Below the pieces are notes generated by a model. The model had not been told where the DNA came from. It did not search any database and was given only the letters and a program-made list of their open reading frames with translations. A stretch of 64,000 nt of DNA from Octopus sinensis (Eukaryota). Of this stretch, positions 1 through 12,009 are shown piece by piece (position 1 is the stretch's first letter; every line of letters starts with the position of its first letter). The translations under genes were made by a program, and so were the position numbers. The stretch is taken from contig NC_043014.1 in NCBI RefSeq assembly GCF_006345805.1, positions 33,852,001 to 33,916,000 on the forward strand. The letters run 5' to 3'.

Positions 1-66
1 AGATAGATAGATAGACAGACATACAGACAGACAGACAAAACAGTCAGACAGACAGACAGGTAGATT

Positions 67-124
<58 letters not shown>

Positions 125-350
125 GTAAATGTGTATACATACATACATGCATACTTACATACATACATACGTACATACATACATACATACATACATACAT
201 ACATACATACAAGCATATACAACAACAACGATTTATTTAAAACGCTGTCTTTTGTTATGTTTCTTAAATTAGATATTGCCATTTATTTGTGAATATATAT
301 GCGTGTATGCGCGTATTTACGTACCTATATAGTGCGTGTGTTTGCATATT

Positions 351-409
<59 letters not shown>

Positions 410-420
410 TATAAATACTA
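1..420. repeat. Compound microsatellites (AGAT)n/(AGAC)n/(ACAT)n/(AT)n
   Basis: Direct simple repeats. Similar blocks occur at 1430-2200, 2555-2960, 12015-12350, 14770-15230, 19500-19665, 20440-20610, 23460-23670 and 43240-43500. Confidence 0.95.
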
Positions 421-806
421 TATTATATTCACCCAAATATCTGTATAGTTATGCATATATGTGTACACATATGTATATGCGTATGTGAATGAATGTATGC
501 GTGTGTAGATAGATAGGATCTTTTCCTTTTGAACGGCAGTTTTCAACACAATTTCCATTTAACTAAACACTTTTAAACTTCGTATACTGGTAGAATACGT
601 TTATAAAACAATTTTTTCTTGGCTTTTTTGAGAAAATTCTATATGTTGTAACATATTTCGACTTTAATTTCTAGCATTTCGGCAATTTTAACCAATCGCT
701 GACCTCCATTTGGGGTGAAAACATTCCGTGCTGTATGAATATGTCCCTCGTTTAAGAAACAGATTGGGTTTATTTACATTTGCGAAGAAAAAAAGATACC
801 CTTCCC

Positions 807-890
807 CCCTAACCCTAATCCTAACCCTAACCCTAACCCTACCCCTAACCATAACCCTAACCCTAACCATAACTCTAACCCTAACCCTAA
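807..890 (+). repeat. Interstitial telomere-like (CCCTAA)n array, about 14 degenerate units
   Basis: ccctaaccctaatcctaaccctaa... TTAGGG is the molluscan telomere repeat. The array is short, degenerate and embedded in an interspersed repeat (~530-968). Confidence 0.85.
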
Positions 891-901
891 AATAGATTGA
901 A

Positions 902-1037
902 ATGCAATAGATCGATACTAGGGTTTTAATTATGGGTGACAATTTCATACGACACCGCTACGAAAAATGGGATATTTTTCTAGCGGTGTCAAATGAAATT
1001 GTCACCCATAATTATAACCCTAGTATCGATATTGCAT
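902..1037. repeat. Near-perfect foldback (arms 911-968 and 974-1030)
   Basis: atcgatactagggttttaattatgggtgacaatttcatacgacaccgctacgaaaaat is matched by its reverse complement across a 5-nt loop, with few mismatches. An outer extension atgcaat/attgcat also pairs. Confidence 0.9.
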
Positions 1038-1119
1038 AGTTAGATAGATAGATAGATGTAGCAAGCTAAATACCACACAGTCACTCCTGCGCCTATTATA
1101 TAATATATATATATATATA

Positions 1120-1174
<55 letters not shown>

Positions 1175-1442
1175 CCGAAATGCACAGTATCATATGAAAC
1201 ATTGAAACAAGTGTGCAATATCTAAGGTTTTGCTCTCAATAAAATAGATATATCCAGCATAACAGGAACATAACCATGGATTTACAATATAGAATAATGA
1301 TGAACTATAACCTCGGACTCCTGCCACCAGAATACGCGCAGTTGTTTGGCCAGGTGTACTAACAGAGAGCTTGTAAAATATTTTGCACAGATTGATAATC
1401 CCGCACGAATAATTCTATTTTTGCATATATATACATATATAC

Positions 1443-1477
<35 letters not shown>

Positions 1478-1508
1478 TAGACAGACAGATAGATAGACAG
1501 ACAGATAG

Positions 1509-1603
<95 letters not shown>

Positions 1604-1621
1604 TAAATATATATACATGTG

Positions 1622-1655
<34 letters not shown>

Positions 1656-2158
1656 TGTATGTATGTATGTATGTATGTATGCAGATTTGTATTCTCATGC
1701 ATATACTTGCATGTCTAGACATGCTCATATATACTCTAATGATAAACTTCTTTACAGTTCCGGTGATGGTTTGGATCTGTAGTCTTCGATGTACGTATGC
1801 ATGTATGAATGAATGTATGTATGTGTGAATGTATGTATGTATATGTGCAGATGTGTATGCTTTGTTTTATGTATGTCTTCTAATGCATACACTTGTATGT
1901 ATGTATGTATGTATGTATGTATGTATGTATATATGTATGTATGTATGTATGTATGCATGTATGTATGTATGTATGTATGCATGTATCTATGTATGTATGT
2001 ATGTATGTATGCATGCATGTATCTATGTATGTATGTATGTATGTATGTACATTGTAAACTATTCTTTCTTTGTGGACACGTCTGATGAGCCAATGATAAA
2101 CAGTTCTTGTTAGTGTGTGTGTGTGAGTGAGTGTGCGTGTGTGTGTGTGTGTGTGTGT

Positions 2159-2193
<35 letters not shown>

Positions 2194-2556
2194 GTGAGCG
2201 TGAGTGAGTGTGTGTGTGTATTTCCTGTTCTTCGTGAATTTCAAGCCATTCGCTAAGAAAGTGACAAGACTTCTAGAGTTAAGAAAGTTCCCGGGTTTTG
2301 CAAATATGCGGCTGTGTTATTGTGTGCGCATATATGTAGGCGTATGCAACTGCACTTATGTGCTGTGTGAACGTGTCTCATGTATCTTTAGTACATTAGC
2401 ACTTAAACATTTGTATGTGTCTGTCTGTGTTCATATTTATAAAATAATGTAACATTTGACATTGAAGTCAATGTTTGGAGTAGAGACAATAGATATGCTC
2501 ATTTCAAAAGCTGTCAGTCAACTCTGAGTTTCGCCCACGGATTGGCTGTTTGCATG

Positions 2557-2591
<35 letters not shown>

Positions 2592-2890
2592 TGTAGAGGT
2601 AGGTACGTACTATATGTTTATATATATGCATATGTTTTATTATAAGTATTATATTATATATATATCGTATGTATGTATATATATATATAGATATGATATA
2701 TAGATGAAATAGATATATTATATATATATAATAATACATACATACATACATATTATATATATAGATAACATACATACATATAGATGCAATATATATAGCA
2801 TATATAGATATATATATAGATAATATATTATATATAATATACATGTATATATACATATATATAGATATATAGATGTATATATATATATAG

Positions 2891-2939
<49 letters not shown>

Positions 2940-2940
2940 G

Positions 2941-2971
<31 letters not shown>

Positions 2972-3477
2972 CACAAACACATTGTTTATATAAAAATGAA
3001 TTCTTTTCTCACGACCGGAGTCTCACGCCATGGAAATACGTCGTGATTGTGTAATCAACATTGCAGGAAAAGAGTAGCCATCAAACTAACCAATAAAAAA
3101 GCGATAAGACAATGGCAATGAGAACGGAAACAGACATGAATTCAAATTATATACAAAAAGAAAAATTATAATCCGGTCTTAATAGTGAAAACTAACCAAT
3201 AGAAACATTGAATATTCAACAATTTGGCAAATGAAACAACCGCAATCATAACGTATTGTATAATGAGATCTGGGTTATACAATTTCGACAAAAAAGAACC
3301 GGATCCTCACTTATTGTTCTTCTTTAATATAGGTATGCTACTGGAGCTCCATAACAAGAAGAGTAAAAATATTTAAAAACCTAATAAAATTGGCAGCCAT
3401 TCACAAAAAAGAAATGAACTCACTGTAATCTTTTATCTTTTAGTTGTTTTCAGTCATTAGATTATTTATTATTATTA

Positions 3478-3508
<31 letters not shown>

Positions 3509-3529
3509 TATTATTAGTATTATTTATTA

Positions 3530-4090
3530 TTGAGTGAGTGAGAGAGCAGTTCATGCCATCAAAGGACACTGGGGTAAAATATACGAAGCCCGATATACCA
3601 TTCATGACTACTCGTCTGATAAGGGTACACCGGCACATGCATTCACAACCATATGTGCGCGACATGGTGATCTCATATCAAGATAAAACAGCACATGACC
3701 TTGCAGGTGGGGCCCCCTGTTAGAATTTCTTCAGGTTGAGTAGCCCATCCCACTCAAAAGGTCCCTGAATAAGGGTGTTTAAGGATGTGTTGAAAGAACC
3801 ACCCATATTTCCAGAGGTGAATTATTCAAACCCCAAAGAATCCCTCTCAACACATGGCTATGATGCTCCCCACTACCTCTGCTCGTGATCAGAGATGCAC
3901 ATATCGTCAGCCACTAAAGGACATGCTCAACTGGTTAAAGTCAAACAACTGACAAGCAAATTTGTGGTATTGAGCAGAATATTTGCTGTAGCCCATCTTT
4001 TATACCAAGACAAAACAATGTACATGATAACAATTCCAATCAGTTAAGATCAGAAGCCATGAAAGTCACTGCCTGGTACTGCATCGGGGC

Positions 4091-4094
<4 letters not shown>
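3530..4094. mobile_element. Non-coding interspersed element embedded in (TAT/ATT)n microsatellite, copy 1
   Basis: Flanked by (TAT)n on both sides. A second copy lies at 31944-33600. Confidence 0.8.
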
Positions 4095-4136
<42 letters not shown>

Positions 4137-4165
4137 GTATAGATTACTGTATCTAGTGGTAATAC

Positions 4166-5950
4166 AGACTAAATTTTTCAAAGCCATGACTATTTTTAAT
4201 CTCTGCTTAATTTTTGGTGGTATGCGCAAATTAGACGCAAGGAACACTTTTTTCTGCATGTTTTTGAGGAAAACTGCATCCAGTAGCTATCTCGAGCGTT
4301 TTGTTGAGTGTTGTGTTTTTCGCAGCATGTTATTAAAGCCCTAAGATGCCACCCAAACGCCCTACACCGTCTAAGGCTTCTGGCAGCGAACCTAAGCGTC
4401 AGAAAAATGTTATGACGTTCCATGAGAAGATACAACTGCTGGATATGCTCCAAGGAGGTAAACGTTATGCTGCAGCAGGTCGCTGTTATGATGTCAACGT
4501 AAGCTCTATACGCTACATAAAGGAAAAACGAGGTAGCGATCATGTCTACCGTAGCCATAAGTTTCTGTGAATGTGCCAAAAAGATTACGACAATGAGAAA
4601 TAAGCACTTGGTCAGGATGGAATCTACCTTGGCATTGTGGATTGGTGACTACAAGAAGAAAAACATTCCCTTGAGTGGTAACATCATCCGCGAGAAAGCG
4701 CTGAAATTATACCAGCTGTTCGACAGAGGAGACGGAGCAGAAGGCATCGAAGAACCGCAGCCAAAACCATTGGCAGCAGCGGAGCCCAAAGATTTTCAAG
4801 CCATCAAGGGATTGTTTGACCGTTTCCAAAAACGGTTTAAAATAAAGTGTGTTTCCCTGCATGGAGAGGCAGCATCAGCCGACGAAGAGGCCACCGAGAA
4901 GTACCTTGAGTCCTTCAGGTAGATCATCGAGGACAAGCGATACAAGCCGGAACAGGTTTTCAATATGGACGAGACTGTCTTGTTCTAGAAGAAGATGTCT
5001 TCCAAAATGTACATCATGAAGGACGAAGCCAGAACCTGAGGATTTAAGGCGTAGAAACATTGAGTGGCGCTAATTATGTATGGTAAGTCCACACATGTGT
5101 GGCAAATCCAAGAACCCGAGGGCCTTCAAAAATAAGAATAAAAACCTGCTGCCTGTCCACTGGATTCACAACCCTAAGGCCTGGATTACAAAAAATCTAA
5201 ATTTGAATTGGTTCCACCAATGCTTCATCCCTCAAGCCAAGGAATACCTCCAAAACGTATGCATGGAATTCAAGGTGCTGCTTGTTTTGGATAATCATGG
5301 TAATCACTCTTTGGACTTGAATCACGAGGGAGTCCAAGTCGAGTTCCTCCCTGATAACATCACCTCCTACATAAAGCCTATGGATCAAGGCGTGATCCGT
5401 GCCTTCAAGGTACTTTACACTCGGAACTCTGTCCAACACTTTGTGGACACAATGGATTCGGACGAGAATTTCCAGTTAAAGGAGTACTGGCGTAACCTCA
5501 CGATCGCAACGTGTCTGTCAGTCATCCACGCTGCTCTTAAAGACATGAAAAAGAAACCCTCATTGCATGCTGGAAGAAGGTGTGGCCAGAGTGTGTTCAG
5601 GACAACGAGGGCTTCTCACCTGAAGATATTCAGAACAAGGCTGTCAACAATGTGGTAAAACTGACAAAGGTACTTGGAGGCGAAGGTTTTGACGACATCA
5701 CGCAAGATGAGGTCAGCAATCTCATCGATGCCCACTCTGAAACCCTGACAGACGAAGATTTGTTGGAGATAACTATGTCTACCAGCGAAGAGGAGGTGGA
5801 AGCGCCAGATCCAGAGGAAGTCTGTCCGACTTTTTAAGGACAGCAAAGGAATTGCAGAGGAAGGCAGAAGCATGGGATCCCTGTATGGTTCGGTTTCTCC
5901 AATTTAAAAATACCATCAATGCTGTCATGCAGACATATAAAACTCTCCTC
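4166..5950 (+). mobile_element. Decayed Tigger/pogo (TIGD1-like) DNA transposon
   Basis: Broken ORFs 4346-4570 (psq-type HTH, KRQKNVMTFHEKIQLLDML), 4542-4922 (CENP-B HTH, LALWI..IPLSGNIIREKA..LHGEAASAD), 5080-5658 (DDE_1, KAWIT..KVLLVLDN..PMDQGVIRAFK) and 5580-5837 (acidic C-terminus). Frameshifts and stops lie between them. The right end is cut by a SINE, and the left boundary is approximate. Confidence 0.9.
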
Positions 5951-5954
5951 ACCA

Positions 5955-6325
5955 CCATGCTTCCCAACCACATGGTCCACGGTTCTGTCCCACTGTTGTC
6001 ACCTTGGGCAAGTGTCTTCTGCTATAGCCTCGGGTCGACCAAAGCCGTGTGAGTGGTTTTTGGTAGATGGAAACTGAAAAAAGCCCACCATATATGTGTG
6101 TATGCGTGCGTGTGTGTGTCTGTGTCTGTTTTCACGACCACCCCCGCGTGACAGCTGGTGCTTGTGTATTTACTTCCTCGTATTTTAGCGGTTCGGTAAA
6201 AGAGACCAATAGAATACGGCAGAAAAAAAAACTATTGGTGGTCGATACATTCTATTGAAAATTCTTCAAGACGGTACCCCAGCATGGCCACAATTTTATG
6301 ATTGAAACAAGTAAAGCATAAAAAA
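5955..6325 (+). mobile_element. tRNA-derived SINE, family 2 (internal AT/GT microsatellite, CR1-like 3' tail)
   Basis: Head ..catggtccacggttctgtcccactg..ccttgggcaagtgtcttct, tail cagcatggccaca..tgaaacaagtaaa. More than 15 related copies occur in the window. Confidence 0.85.
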
Positions 6326-6454
6326 GATCAAAACGTCCCTAAATTAAGTGACATGTTTTTATAGGGTTTATTAATACCGTTTATAATTGTTGTTTAGAAA
6401 TTTCGTTTTTAATCTGACACCATTTTATAAGTACGCCATCTTCGTTTAATTTAC

Positions 6455-9400
6455 ATACATAAATATAGCTTGAACCGTAATCCTTTATATAAATGGAAAT
6501 AGAATTTAATCACTACTAAACTCTTCTCTTTAAACTAAGTGACGCTATATTTGATGCGCACGCGCGTGTTTGTGTATAGATGTTTTGTTGTTCAGCCAGG
6601 TAAGAAATGTATGCCTTTATGAGTGTGTATGTGTGTGTGTACAGGTGAGAAGGTAAGAAGGGGAACATCTGTGAAGGTTATTAGCAATGGAGGTACATGT
6701 CATCGAGGTATTTATTGCATCAGATGACACAGATAGATAAAATGGAATGTGGGCGATGTAGTGGCAGGAATGACTGCAGCGGTGGAGGTGGTGGTGAATG
6801 GGGGTGGAGATTCGTAGTTTGGTGGGGTCGGGGTGGGTTTGAGGTAGAAAGGGGAAGGGGCAGTGGAAATTTACTAATACAGTTTATTGTCGTTGTAGGT
6901 GAGGGGATGGATTGGTATATAGTTGAGATGTGGGGGGTAAGGACAACAGAGACAGGGAGGAGGAGAATTTTCAGCTAGCTTTATGGTTGGTTGTGTAAAG
7001 GTGTTATTGTTGTTGTCAATGAGAGTGGTGGTGGTGGAAAAGTTTTCTCTTCATTGTGTATGTTTCTTGTAAATCAACTCCCAGACATACATACATAAAT
7101 ACAAAAGCACACACGAAAAGCCACAATCAAAATTTCCCCACATACACATACTCACGCACTTGCAAAGGTATTTAAAGAGAGAATTTCCAAACGAGACACT
7201 GACAGACAATTCACAACACAGTGAGTTTAACATCGAAAATAACTTTTACCCGACGACTTAACCTTTAAAAAAGTGTTGCATTCATTCGTCAACTTCAGAG
7301 TCATTCACGTTCTGTTTTCATTTGGAAGATCGACGAAAGATTATATTTTTGGAAGTAGAATTTGGATTTTGAAGAAAGATTTTTAATTCAAAGAAGTAAA
7401 ATATTCAGAGATATACATACGTATATTTATACATATACGCATCTACATACAAGAAAGGAGTCATATATACACTCAGTCACATTGATATATATATATAACG
7501 ATATAAATGAATAATTCAACATGACTATCGTTATTGTAAGTCCTGCTCGTTTTACTTTCTCTCAATATGGAGCTGAACAAGTCAGAATCCTCACCTTTCT
7601 TTCCACCAAATCAAAACCAAAGGAGGACCGGGGCGATATTTCTTACAGAGAATTGATATCACAACTGGTTTACCAACAACTACAACTGTATCGCGAAAAC
7701 CGAAGCAAGCTTCTCGACGCATACGACGCCGCCGCCTGGATAACTTCAAACATCGATAAAAACCAGGAAAATAAACTTTATTGAGCATCATTAAGTTTTT
7801 CAGCTGATGGAATATTAAACAAAAATATATCCATATTGCGAAAGCTGAAAGTATTTGCCGGGTCAAGAAGAACTGGAAGAGGCCGAAAACGAAAGCGAAA
7901 GGCAAAGAACCCCAGTCATCTGCAACGGTTCAACAATGTTCTAACTTCCACGCGATGCCAGATGGAAGACTTATCGCCTTAGAACAGAGCCAACCAGAAA
8001 GGAGCCAAGCAGTCTACATGGAAAGAGTGAAATGTTCGAGATAAGTTGCCGTTTTGAAATATAAACTACCTTCTACGTGAATATTTCATTTATTTATTAT
8101 TATTATCACTATTAGCAGTTGCAGTAGGAGCAGTGGTATTGCCACGTCGTTGCAGTGGTATTGCCAAGATCGAGGCATTGGGCTTCTCCTGTGCTAACTG
8201 CAACGACGTCTGTTGACTCCTTCACCGAAAAGTCATTCAACCCTGCAGAAAGTAGAGGTCTACACTGTTGGCGGAACATGACGAAGACGTTGTGATTGAG
8301 AGGCTGGAGAAGTCCCAACGAAGTGAACACCCAGACGGAACATGACGATGATTTGGAACCACCTCAAGAGCAATCTTGTATTTCTACACCTTGTATTGCA
8401 CACACGCACGCACTCACAGCTGCCCCTTGAATTACACCAGTGAAATAAACACTATGTGAAAACGACCACAGCTTTGTACACTCTACCACACACACACACA
8501 CGTATAATATATATTATATATACATATGTAAATGCTAATAACATTGTTTTGAAAACAAGACTCTTGTCGAGTGTGAATACTTGTAGTGTTTGTATTATGC
8601 ATTTTGTGATATCTGAATATTGTTTTTTTTTTTTGTTTTTGCTTTTTAACACATAAACATCGGCTTCCACCCACGCCACTTCACTATCTACATACACGCG
8701 TTCACACACAGCTTTACAGTTATAGACTGAAAACGTCTATACGAATACACACAATCTAAAACTAAAAGACTATATATTTTTTCTTTGTTTTTATTTTGTT
8801 TGAAAAAAAAAGTGACAAGTGAAACAAACAAAACAATGCAAGAGAGAAGAAAGATACTCTTTTATTGGTTGCAGACAGTTGGATAAGTCCATGCTGGAGC
8901 ACGGAATGATGGAAATAATGAAACAAAAAAGAACTTTCCGATCACCCAGAACTGTTGAACGTTTTAGGTTCAAATTTTACATCCATTGTTATTCACATTT
9001 TGACATTTGAAGCGTTGTGTGTGTGTGTGTGTGTGCGCGTGAGCGCGCATGTGTATACAGAATAGTTTGTGATGGATATAGGCTTTTTTTTTATTTGTTA
9101 ATTAAAACACATTTCTCTTCAACAATTTAGATTAAGGAGGACGGGCCAGTGCCCATAACCCTTTTTCAGATTCCAGTAATCATCATAGCTTCCACATCAT
9201 TTTCTATTTGATTTTTCATTACCGAAGTAGCGACCTGAGAAACTTTAGAGACAGCAAATCGGTGGTGTTTCACGACGTGAGACAGTTATAAGCAAGAGAC
9301 GACTTGACGTTAAAAACAAAAGCAGCAGTATGAGACGTGACAGTGGTATAAAAAACAGCGGTATAAGACATACCAACAGCGTTACAGACAACAGTAGTAT

Positions 9401-9975
9401 ATGACACAGCAGCATTATATGATAGCAACGGTGTGAGACACAGCTGCGGTGTAACACAGCAGAGACAGTGAAAGACAGCTGCTGTGTGAGACCCAACAGC
9501 GACGTGGTTGCGGGGTCAGACGCAATAATGACGGTAGGGTCAGTAGCGGCGTTAGAGATGTCTGGTATATTTTTTTCCACTGAGCTGTCTAATAATCTTT
9601 CTAGGAACAGATAATTAATCACACATCTACACAAAATGCGAGACATTGACAATCGCCATTCTCACTAAACCAAAATGAGAAACTGTGATGCCCGACGTTT
9701 CACAAAAACATTATGCCTTGTTTGTGATGGGAAATGATGGTTTCAGCTTCTGTTTAAGGGAAACTGAGGCCTAGTTGTACCAGAGACATACACCTACACA
9801 TGCACACATACATACATCTACATACACAAAGGTAGTAGATTAGAGTTAGAGCGAAGACAAAATTAAGTGAGAGAGTGTGACGTTAATATCTTAATTGAGG
9901 AGATTAAAGACGAACGTGAAGTGGAAATGGTCACAAGAACGAATGTAAAACGTTTCAACATGTGTCACGATTATC
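6455..9975 (+). repeat. Segmental duplication copy A (inverted relative to copy B at 16333-20250)
   Basis: Reverse-complement match to 16333-20250 throughout. For example, 7521-8070 matches 18880-18310, and the end cacgattatc (9975) matches gataatcgtg (16333). Confidence 0.95.
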
Positions 9976-10075
9976 NNNNNNNNNNNNNNNNNNNNNNNNN
10001 NNNNNNNNNNNNNNNNNNNNNNNNNNNNNNNNNNNNNNNNNNNNNNNNNNNNNNNNNNNNNNNNNNNNNNNNNNN
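9976..10075. other. Assembly gap (100 N)
   Basis: Exactly 100 Ns, a typical placeholder for a gap of unknown size. Confidence 1.
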
Positions 10076-10447
10076 CTTGTGCTTATTTTGATATATTATA
10101 TATATATATTACAACACACACAGACACACACACACGCATACATACACACACGCAAACACGCACACACCACGCACACACACACACACACACACACAAGTGT
10201 GTGTGTGTAATAAATACATATATATACATACATATTTATATAAGGAAAATAAGACAAGGTAGAAAATGCTAAAATAATTTTATCATGAAATACATTTTGT
10301 AACAGTTAGAACCGGTTTCGACTTTTTCAACTAAGTGTAAAATAAAGGTGGATATTAATTAAGTAGAAAAACAATGTAATTCAAGTAAAAATCAGATGAC
10401 AAGTTTTGTAAATATTTTCCTTTTTTCTGTCTGATTCTTCCTCCCTA

Positions 10448-10491
<44 letters not shown>

Positions 10492-10608
10492 TCTCTCCCT
10501 CTCTCTACACTACTACAACAATCTTAGAATAATACCCGCACAAATATTAAAAACCATAAATATGATTTAATTTAGAACAGTTCCTATCACTACTGCTACA
10601 ACCACAAC

Positions 10609-10633
10609 AGGTCACTTTTAGGTCACTTGACCA
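10609..10633 (+). promoter_or_regulatory. Perfect DR5 nuclear-receptor element with an extra inverted half-site
   Basis: AGGTCA-ctttt-AGGTCA-ct-TGACCA. Function is not shown. Confidence 0.3.
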
Positions 10634-11039
10634 TTAAAGTAGATTCCATGAACAGCCTCTACTACTGCATCATACCACTCGCGTCGTCGTCGTCGTCGTC
10701 GTCTTCTTCTTCTTCTTCTTCTTCTTCTTCTTCTTCTTCTTCTCCTCCTCCTCCTCCTTCTCCTTCTCCTTCTTCTTCTTCTTCTTCTCCTCCTCTTTCT
10801 TTGGTTGCTGTTAACTAAACCATCAAACTTTAGAACCAAATATTTCTCTGCACCCATAAACATTATTTTTTGAGAGCTGCTACTACCTACCGAGCGTTCA
10901 CAAAAGAAGAGAGAGAGAGAGAGAGAAATAGAAAATGTCCCACCTATTTGAAGACTATGGAAATATTTACAAAACATTTCCTTTAATTGTTGTATTTCGG
11001 GATAGTCATTTTACCTTTTTTTTTTTGTTGTATGCTCTT

Positions 11040-11210
11040 GACCCGGAGTAAGTGGAGCAAAAATGAAAACGGAAACGAAAAGTATCGCTGAAGAGGTCAC
11101 AGATGTGTGACGAAAGATTTCCGGACAATGGATATGAGTTAAAATAAGAACAGTAATAAACGAATGAAGAACAAATATATAGAGCGTGTGTTTATTTGGC
11201 AAAAACAAAA
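11040..11210 (-). repeat. ~170-bp segment duplicated in inverted orientation at 21180-21330
   Basis: tgccaaataaacacacgc..ccggaaatctttcgtcacacatctgtgacctcttcagcga is shared. Both translate to ...PEIFRHTSVTSSA... Confidence 0.85.
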
Positions 11211-11599
11211 AAATGACCATCCCAAAATATAACAATATATGTTTCAACACACGATTTCACATCAGGAATCTTGCAACAAAAATTGATAAACGTAATTTCC
11301 TTTAATTTTTTCTTTAATTTAATTGGTTTTCTTCTGAATTAATATCCACCTTTGTTTTATTCTTAGTTGAAAAAGTTGAAAAGACCGGAACCGGTACTGA
11401 CCGCGACAAAATGTTCTTTATGATGAAATTATTTTAGCATTTTCTACCTTGTCTTATTTTCCTTATACGTTGATACATATGTTACTTTTCAACCTTATAC
11501 ATACACATACATACTCACACACACACTCACACACTCACACACCCACACACACATACATACATGCATAAATGTGTGTGTGTTTGTGTGTGTATGTGTGTG

Positions 11600-12009
11600 T
11601 AAAGAGGCGAGAATAATGCATGCAAGACCCAAGAGATTTAAAGAAGAATGTTACGATCGAGAAAGTGAATCACAATGACATTTTTATGTGCAGAGTTTGT
11701 GACAGACCATACCTGTCTTTTGGTGGGCTCAAATCTCATTTGCAAACCCACGGAGAACGAACCTCCAACAACTATTCGATGTATCAGTGCACACCTTTCG
11801 ATGCAATGTATGCCAGAAGGTCAGCAAATCTAACGGAGCCCTCAAAATACATTTTAAGATCCACAAAGATCAGAACTTAAGTGCAGCTCTTGGTGGTCCA
11901 AATCGAATATGCGATCTATGTGGGTGTCTTTTCAAAACATTGTCTGGTTTCAAAAGCCACATCAGATGTCATGATGGTTCTAAGGTGCAGATATAGGAAT
12001 AGACAATTA

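Larger units (their letters stand above)
10235..11475. repeat. Diverged inverted repeat pair (10235-10380 and 11335-11475)
   Basis: tataaggaaaataagacaaggtagaaaatgctaaaataatt...ggtggatattaatt is present in opposite orientations. The gaaccggt motif resembles degraded Penelope-type termini (inference). Confidence 0.75.

Noticed and set aside
807-890. Chromosome end or true telomere
   Set aside because: The array is short, degenerate and internal to a repeat, with ordinary sequence on both sides.
1282-2982. Long ORFs such as 1282-1728, 1752-2093 and 2557-2982, plus similar ones at 10618-10977, 12077-12453, 41436-41873, 43244-43715 and 50728-51124
   Set aside because: They are translations of stop-free microsatellites (IYIY, HTHT, YLSI, poly-R) with no coding signal.
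2990-3420. LINE endonuclease remnant
   Set aside because: It looks like decayed coding DNA, but no motif could be recovered in any frame.
7521-8060. Homeodomain, bHLH, DM or HMG transcription factor exon
   Set aside because: It has basic stretches (RRIRRRR, RKRKRK), but no frame in either copy gives a diagnostic motif.
9250-9660. Suckerin-like protein (TAAVSHT resembles Ala/Thr/His modules)
   Set aside because: There are no Gly/Tyr/Leu-rich modules or signal peptide, and the frames are broken differently in the two copies.
11620-11996. Functional host C2H2 zinc-finger gene
   Set aside because: It is frameshifted, has no TGEKP linkers or splice context, and the upstream residues fit an RTE tail.
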